Assembly: GCA_951406725.2 (NCBI GenBank)
Contig: OX597816.1
Coordinates: 59,768,001-59,832,000, forward strand
From: Octopus vulgaris
Lineage: Eukaryota
Length of the DNA stretch: 64,000 bases
Direction of reading: 5' to 3'
Shown here piece after piece: positions 57,397 to 64,000 of the stretch. Numbering within the stretch: the stretch's first letter is position 1; each line of letters begins with the position of its first letter. The notes under the pieces are model-generated. The model had not been told where the DNA came from. It saw only the letters and a program-made list of their open reading frames with translations, and did not search any database. The translations under genes were made by a program, and so were the position numbers.

Positions 57397-57998
57397 TCAT
57401 CATCATCATCATGTCCGTTCTCCATGCTAGCATGGGTTGGACGGATTTGCGGGGATCTGGGAAGCCAGAAGGCTGAGGCTCCAGTCTAATCCCAATGTTT
57501 CTACAGCTGGATGCCCTTCCTAACGCCAACCACTCCGTGAGTGTAGTGGGTGCTTTTTACGTGCCACCTGCACAGGTGCCAGGCGGGGCTGGCAACGGCC
57601 ACGGTCGGATTGGTGTATTTTATGTGCCACCGGCACGGAAGCCATCGAGGCGGTGCTGGCATCGGCCACGAGTCGGATAGTGCTTTTTACGTACCACCAG
57701 ACCAGGGATCCTGGCTGGTTCAATTCGATTTCGATTTCGCTTGCCCCAACATGTCTTCACAAGCAAAGGGGGTTAGCATGGGTGCCTGTCGTACGGTCGC
57801 ATTGGAGTATTTTACGTGCCACGGCCACGAGTCGGATAGTATTTTACATACCATCAGACCAGGGATCCTGGCTGGTTCAATTCGATTTCGATTTCGTGCC
57901 CCAACATGTCTTCACAAAACATGGGTGCCTGCGTGTCGCATTTTACGGCCACGGCCACGAGTCGGATAGTGCTTTTTACGTACCACCAGACCAGGGAT
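57397..57998 (-). mobile_element. RTE 3' UTR with internal tandem duplications
   Basis: (CAT)n tail at 57397. The unit ggccacgagtcggatagt...accagggatcctggctggttcaattcgatttcgatttcg is repeated about 3 times up to the gap. Confidence 0.75.
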
Positions 57999-58098
57999 NN
58001 NNNNNNNNNNNNNNNNNNNNNNNNNNNNNNNNNNNNNNNNNNNNNNNNNNNNNNNNNNNNNNNNNNNNNNNNNNNNNNNNNNNNNNNNNNNNNNNNNN

Positions 58099-58620
58099 AT
58101 AGAGGCTATCTTCTTTGTGTAGCTTCGTTGGATCGCCTCAAGTTCTGTGATCAACTTGACACTGGATGGTGACCAATAGCTGAGAGCAATAGTCAAAGTG
58201 GCTTAGGACAAGTGTCTTCCAGAGGACCATCATGGTTTCTTGTTCTCTTGTTCTAAAGGTTCTAAGAATCCATCCAGCCAGCGTCTACATTTCATTGTCA
58301 GTTTAGCAACATGTACATGAAAGGTCGCGTCATCACTCATGTGAATACCCAGGTCACGCACTGATTGTGCCTCTGGGATTGCAATTCCTCCGGGTCCAGT
58401 GTATTCATTGGGTATTGCATTCAGTTTTGCATGCTGATAGTATAAAGCTTGAAACTTTCCAGCATTGAACTGCATGCTATTCTTTTTCAGCCCACTTGTA
58501 TATTTCGTCCAGCTCACATTGCAGGTGTTTAGTGTCCTCAGAGTTCTGTATTGCCTGTGAAACTTTTGTATCATCTGCATAACTTGTGATCGTGGCTCTC
58601 TGCGTGGCTGAGGGCATGTA
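58099..58620 (-). mobile_element. CR1-like LINE RT fragment
   Basis: [52 protein letters not shown]. Confidence 0.88.
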
Positions 58621-58623
58621 TAT

Positions 58624-60626
<2,003 letters not shown>

Positions 60627-60672
60627 ACTTTCTATGTATGTGAGTCTGAGCCCGTTTGTGTGTGTGTGTTAT

Positions 60673-60960
60673 CAGTGCTGATCAAACGGTGCGCTGCAAG
60701 CGGTCTTCAAGTGCGACGCCAATTTTAAAAAATATAATTTAACGCTTTTGAAACCAACACTAATACGTTAAGGTCTTCAACAACTTGCCTTTCATAATTT
60801 TGTTTTTCACAAATACGTTTGATAAAGTTAGATAAGCAATAGTTTTGTATATTTTTTCTAAATTTTTAAACTATAAAGCGGCTTATTTAAAAATATTTCC
60901 GTGCTGTGCGTGCAAGAAATATTGTTGGTTGATCTGCAGAGCGTTACAAAATGAAAGAAA
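60673..60960. mobile_element. hAT-like terminal fragment
   Basis: CAGTGCTGATCAAACGGTGCGCTGC resembles hAT/Charlie terminal sequences. Confidence 0.45.
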
Positions 60961-60970
60961 TGAGAGCGAC

Positions 60971-61106
<136 letters not shown>

Positions 61107-61115
61107 CATACATAC

Positions 61116-61146
<31 letters not shown>

Positions 61147-61488
61147 CATACATACATACATACATACATACATACATACATACATACATACATACATACG
61201 CATGTATATGCACACATGCAAACCTACATACTCACACAGATATATATATTTATATATATATACATACGCATATATATAAACATACATTCATACTTACATA
61301 CACACACACACATATATATATACATATATAGATTTATATATATCCTTTAAGTTTGTTGAGGGATATGTTTTGAATATGTATATAAAGGCTTCTATTTCAT
61401 TATGCCGGCTACACCCTAATGATACCAATTGATGATACTAGTTTCTTAGGGTCACACTGAGCTGTGGCGATATAATGTAGGATAAATA

Positions 61489-61489
<1 letters not shown>

Positions 61490-61553
<64 letters not shown>

Positions 61554-61642
61554 ATAATAATAATAATCTATGAAGAAACATACGATCCGCGCGTAGCGAT
61601 GCATTAAAATATTTATAAATTCATCCATGGATTCTTCTTCTT

Positions 61643-61727
<85 letters not shown>

Positions 61728-61745
61728 TTATTATTATTATTCCTT
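61490..61745. repeat. (TAG)n, (TAA)n, (TTC)n and (TTA)n trinucleotide runs
   Basis: Direct inspection. Confidence 0.95.
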
Positions 61746-62191
61746 TTNNNNNNNNNNNNNNNNNNNNNNNNNNNNNNNNNNNNNNNNNNNNNNNNNNNNN
61801 NNNNNNNNNNNNNNNNNNNNNNNNNNNNNNNNNNNNNNNNNNNNNNNAACGCTATGTTATTGATGCTTGGATATTAATCTAAGAAAAGTGCTCAGTATCC
61901 TGGGGTAGAGCGGTAGAGAAGATAATTGCAGTATCTGCACAGTTAAGTATCAAGTAAATATACTGGATACGATATAATCCAAATGTCCAATGTGTCAGTG
62001 TGTGGCGTGGTATCTGAGTGGCTTTTTTAATGGTTATATATGTAGATAGATGTAATTAGATTTATATATTCAAATATAGCCAGACACACACGTGAGCATG
62101 CTTGTACATATGTGTGAGTGTGTGTATGTGTGTGTGTGTATGAGAGAGAGTCTAAGTATACTTACAAACATTCACACATACACACACATAT

Positions 62192-62229
<38 letters not shown>

Positions 62230-62236
62230 TACACAT

Positions 62237-62268
<32 letters not shown>

Positions 62269-63194
62269 TTACATATATAAATATACATATATATGTATAC
62301 ACGCACACACATACACACACATATATATGTGTGTAGTCATTTACAGATAAATGTATGTGCCGTCACATAAACACGTTATATTAAAAAGACTAGTCTGTAT
62401 ATTTGGTACGTCTAACGAGAAAACAAGCGGATGTAAGTAACTAACCTTGATAGCGCTGTCTGGTATCTAGAATACAGGATTCCACAGTGATGTCTTCCTG
62501 CACGACAACAACTGTGATTAATAAAGGAGAAATCAATGAGAGAAAAAAATGTTAAAAGAACTGCTCCAAGACGTTGGCTTTAAAACAATGAACGAAACCA
62601 AGAAAAAAAAAAAGAATTAAGAATAAAAAAGATATCAAAAGAAAAACCATATTTTAAAATTTAAGATCGAGAGAGGTATGCCAGGTACGACATGCACATT
62701 TTGATCAAAGAATTGAGTCTACAAATCTTAAGAATCTTTTATCGTGCACTTCTTTTAGTTAATGGACTGCGGCCATGCTGGGGTACAGCATTGAATTCTT
62801 TTGTTTTTTGTTTTTTAGTCCCAGTATTTATGCTTTGTTTTTTTTTATTATTAAAAAAAAATTATCTGGTATTTATTCTATCGATTTCTTTGGCCGAACT
62901 GTTCAGTAACGGGGATGTAAACAAACGAACATAGTTTGTCAAGAGGACAGACGCGCGCGCACACACACATACACACACTCTCTCGCTCTCATACACACAC
63001 ACACATATACACACACACAAACACACACACTACACATAAATATTTAGCAGAAGCAACATGGTGTTCATATAGCGTTGATAAACAAATTAGTATATTTCCC
63101 TATGGAATGTTCTAGAATGAATTATAACAATGTCACGTATATATATATATATATATACATATATATATGTACTTACTTACATCTATACGTATAT

Positions 63195-64000
63195 CGGTGG
63201 TTTTCAACCAGGGTTCCTCGGTACCTTAGGGTTCCGCCAGCACAGTCCAGGGGTTCCGCAAGAAGTTACATAAATGCTAAAATCGACAGTAATTTTTAAT
63301 TATCCTGTGCAGATATGTGTGTACATGTTAGGCCTACGTGTACATCTACGAGTTGCACGCCAGCGTAGATGACCTTGATCCTTGGTGTGTATATGCAGGT
63401 CTACAACGTGTACAACTACGAGTTACACGCCAGCGTAGATGACCCTGATCCTTGGTGTGTACATGTACGTGCACATCTACGAGTTGCATGTCAGCTTAGA
63501 TGATGGTTTAGTTCTCTTTTGTAAAATACGAGTGACTATATTTGGAAGAAACGTTTTAACTGCGTAAGCCATTTAGGTGTTGTTGTTAATCCGCCTTTTA
63601 AAAGATCTTTAGAAGAGTTATTGTCCTTTTGTTTGCAAGAAAACCCGAAAGACTTTGTAGAATGTTTGAGTGATGACCATTGATGTTCCAAGTTAGCATA
63701 TCTTGCCGATATATTTCATGAGTTAAACCTCTTGAACAATGGCATGCAGGGCAGGAACGAAAATATCTTGTCTTCTACTGACAAAATAAATGCTTTTCAG
63801 AAGAAATTGGCAATATGGAAGAAACGCATAGCTACAGGAAATTTGGAAATGTTTCCAAGTGTTTTTAAAAGGAATTGTCAAGAAATTGCGCTACTGATTT
63901 TGAACCATTTGCACACTGTTAACAAATCTTGACAAATATTTTCCATCGATATCTGTTGACCAGTATGACTGGATTAGAAACCCATTTGTGAAATTTGTGT
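63195..64000 (+). mobile_element. hAT (Charlie/Buster-type) transposon remnant
   Basis: C(G)GTGGTTTTCAACC terminus and an internal tandem repeat of about 70 bp at 63340-63500. Transposase C-terminus LAYLADIFHELNLLNNGMQGRNENILSSTDKINAFQKKLAIWK...MFP...YDWIRNPF. Confidence 0.9.

Noticed and set aside
63340-63500. CRISPR-like repeat array
   Set aside because: It is a tandem repeat of about 70 bp inside a hAT element, with no unique spacers, in eukaryotic DNA.

Overview
AT-rich, repeat-dense animal genomic DNA. The SINE/LINE repertoire and the very long (TA)n/(CA)n tracts point to an octopus or other coleoid cephalopod (inference). One host gene can be reconstructed by hand on the minus strand: an ATXN7L3/Sgf11 orthologue (SAGA deubiquitinase module). 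Ten GT-AG coding exons from 38704 to 19655 join in phase into 1002 nt (333 aa plus stop) and encode the Sgf11 N-terminal helix, the Sgf11 zinc finger and the SCA7 domain. Two of the exons are microexons (17 and 26 nt). The ATG-bearing first exon could not be fixed. The rest is mostly decayed transposons: RTE, CR1/L2-like and R4/Dong-like LINEs, a Penelope GIY-YIG fragment, mariner, hAT, non-autonomous Helitrons, MITEs and several tRNA-derived SINE families. There are four 100-N gaps, and the stretch from about 53 to 61 kb looks partly like a chimeric assembly consensus. The most unusual signals are several Penelope-type minimal hammerhead ribozyme motifs, one of them inside a tRNA-headed SINE-like element; a repeat family with a tRNA-like core enclosed by split direct and inverted repeats; and many intronic fold-backs. 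Almost all ORFs in the supplied track are spurious.
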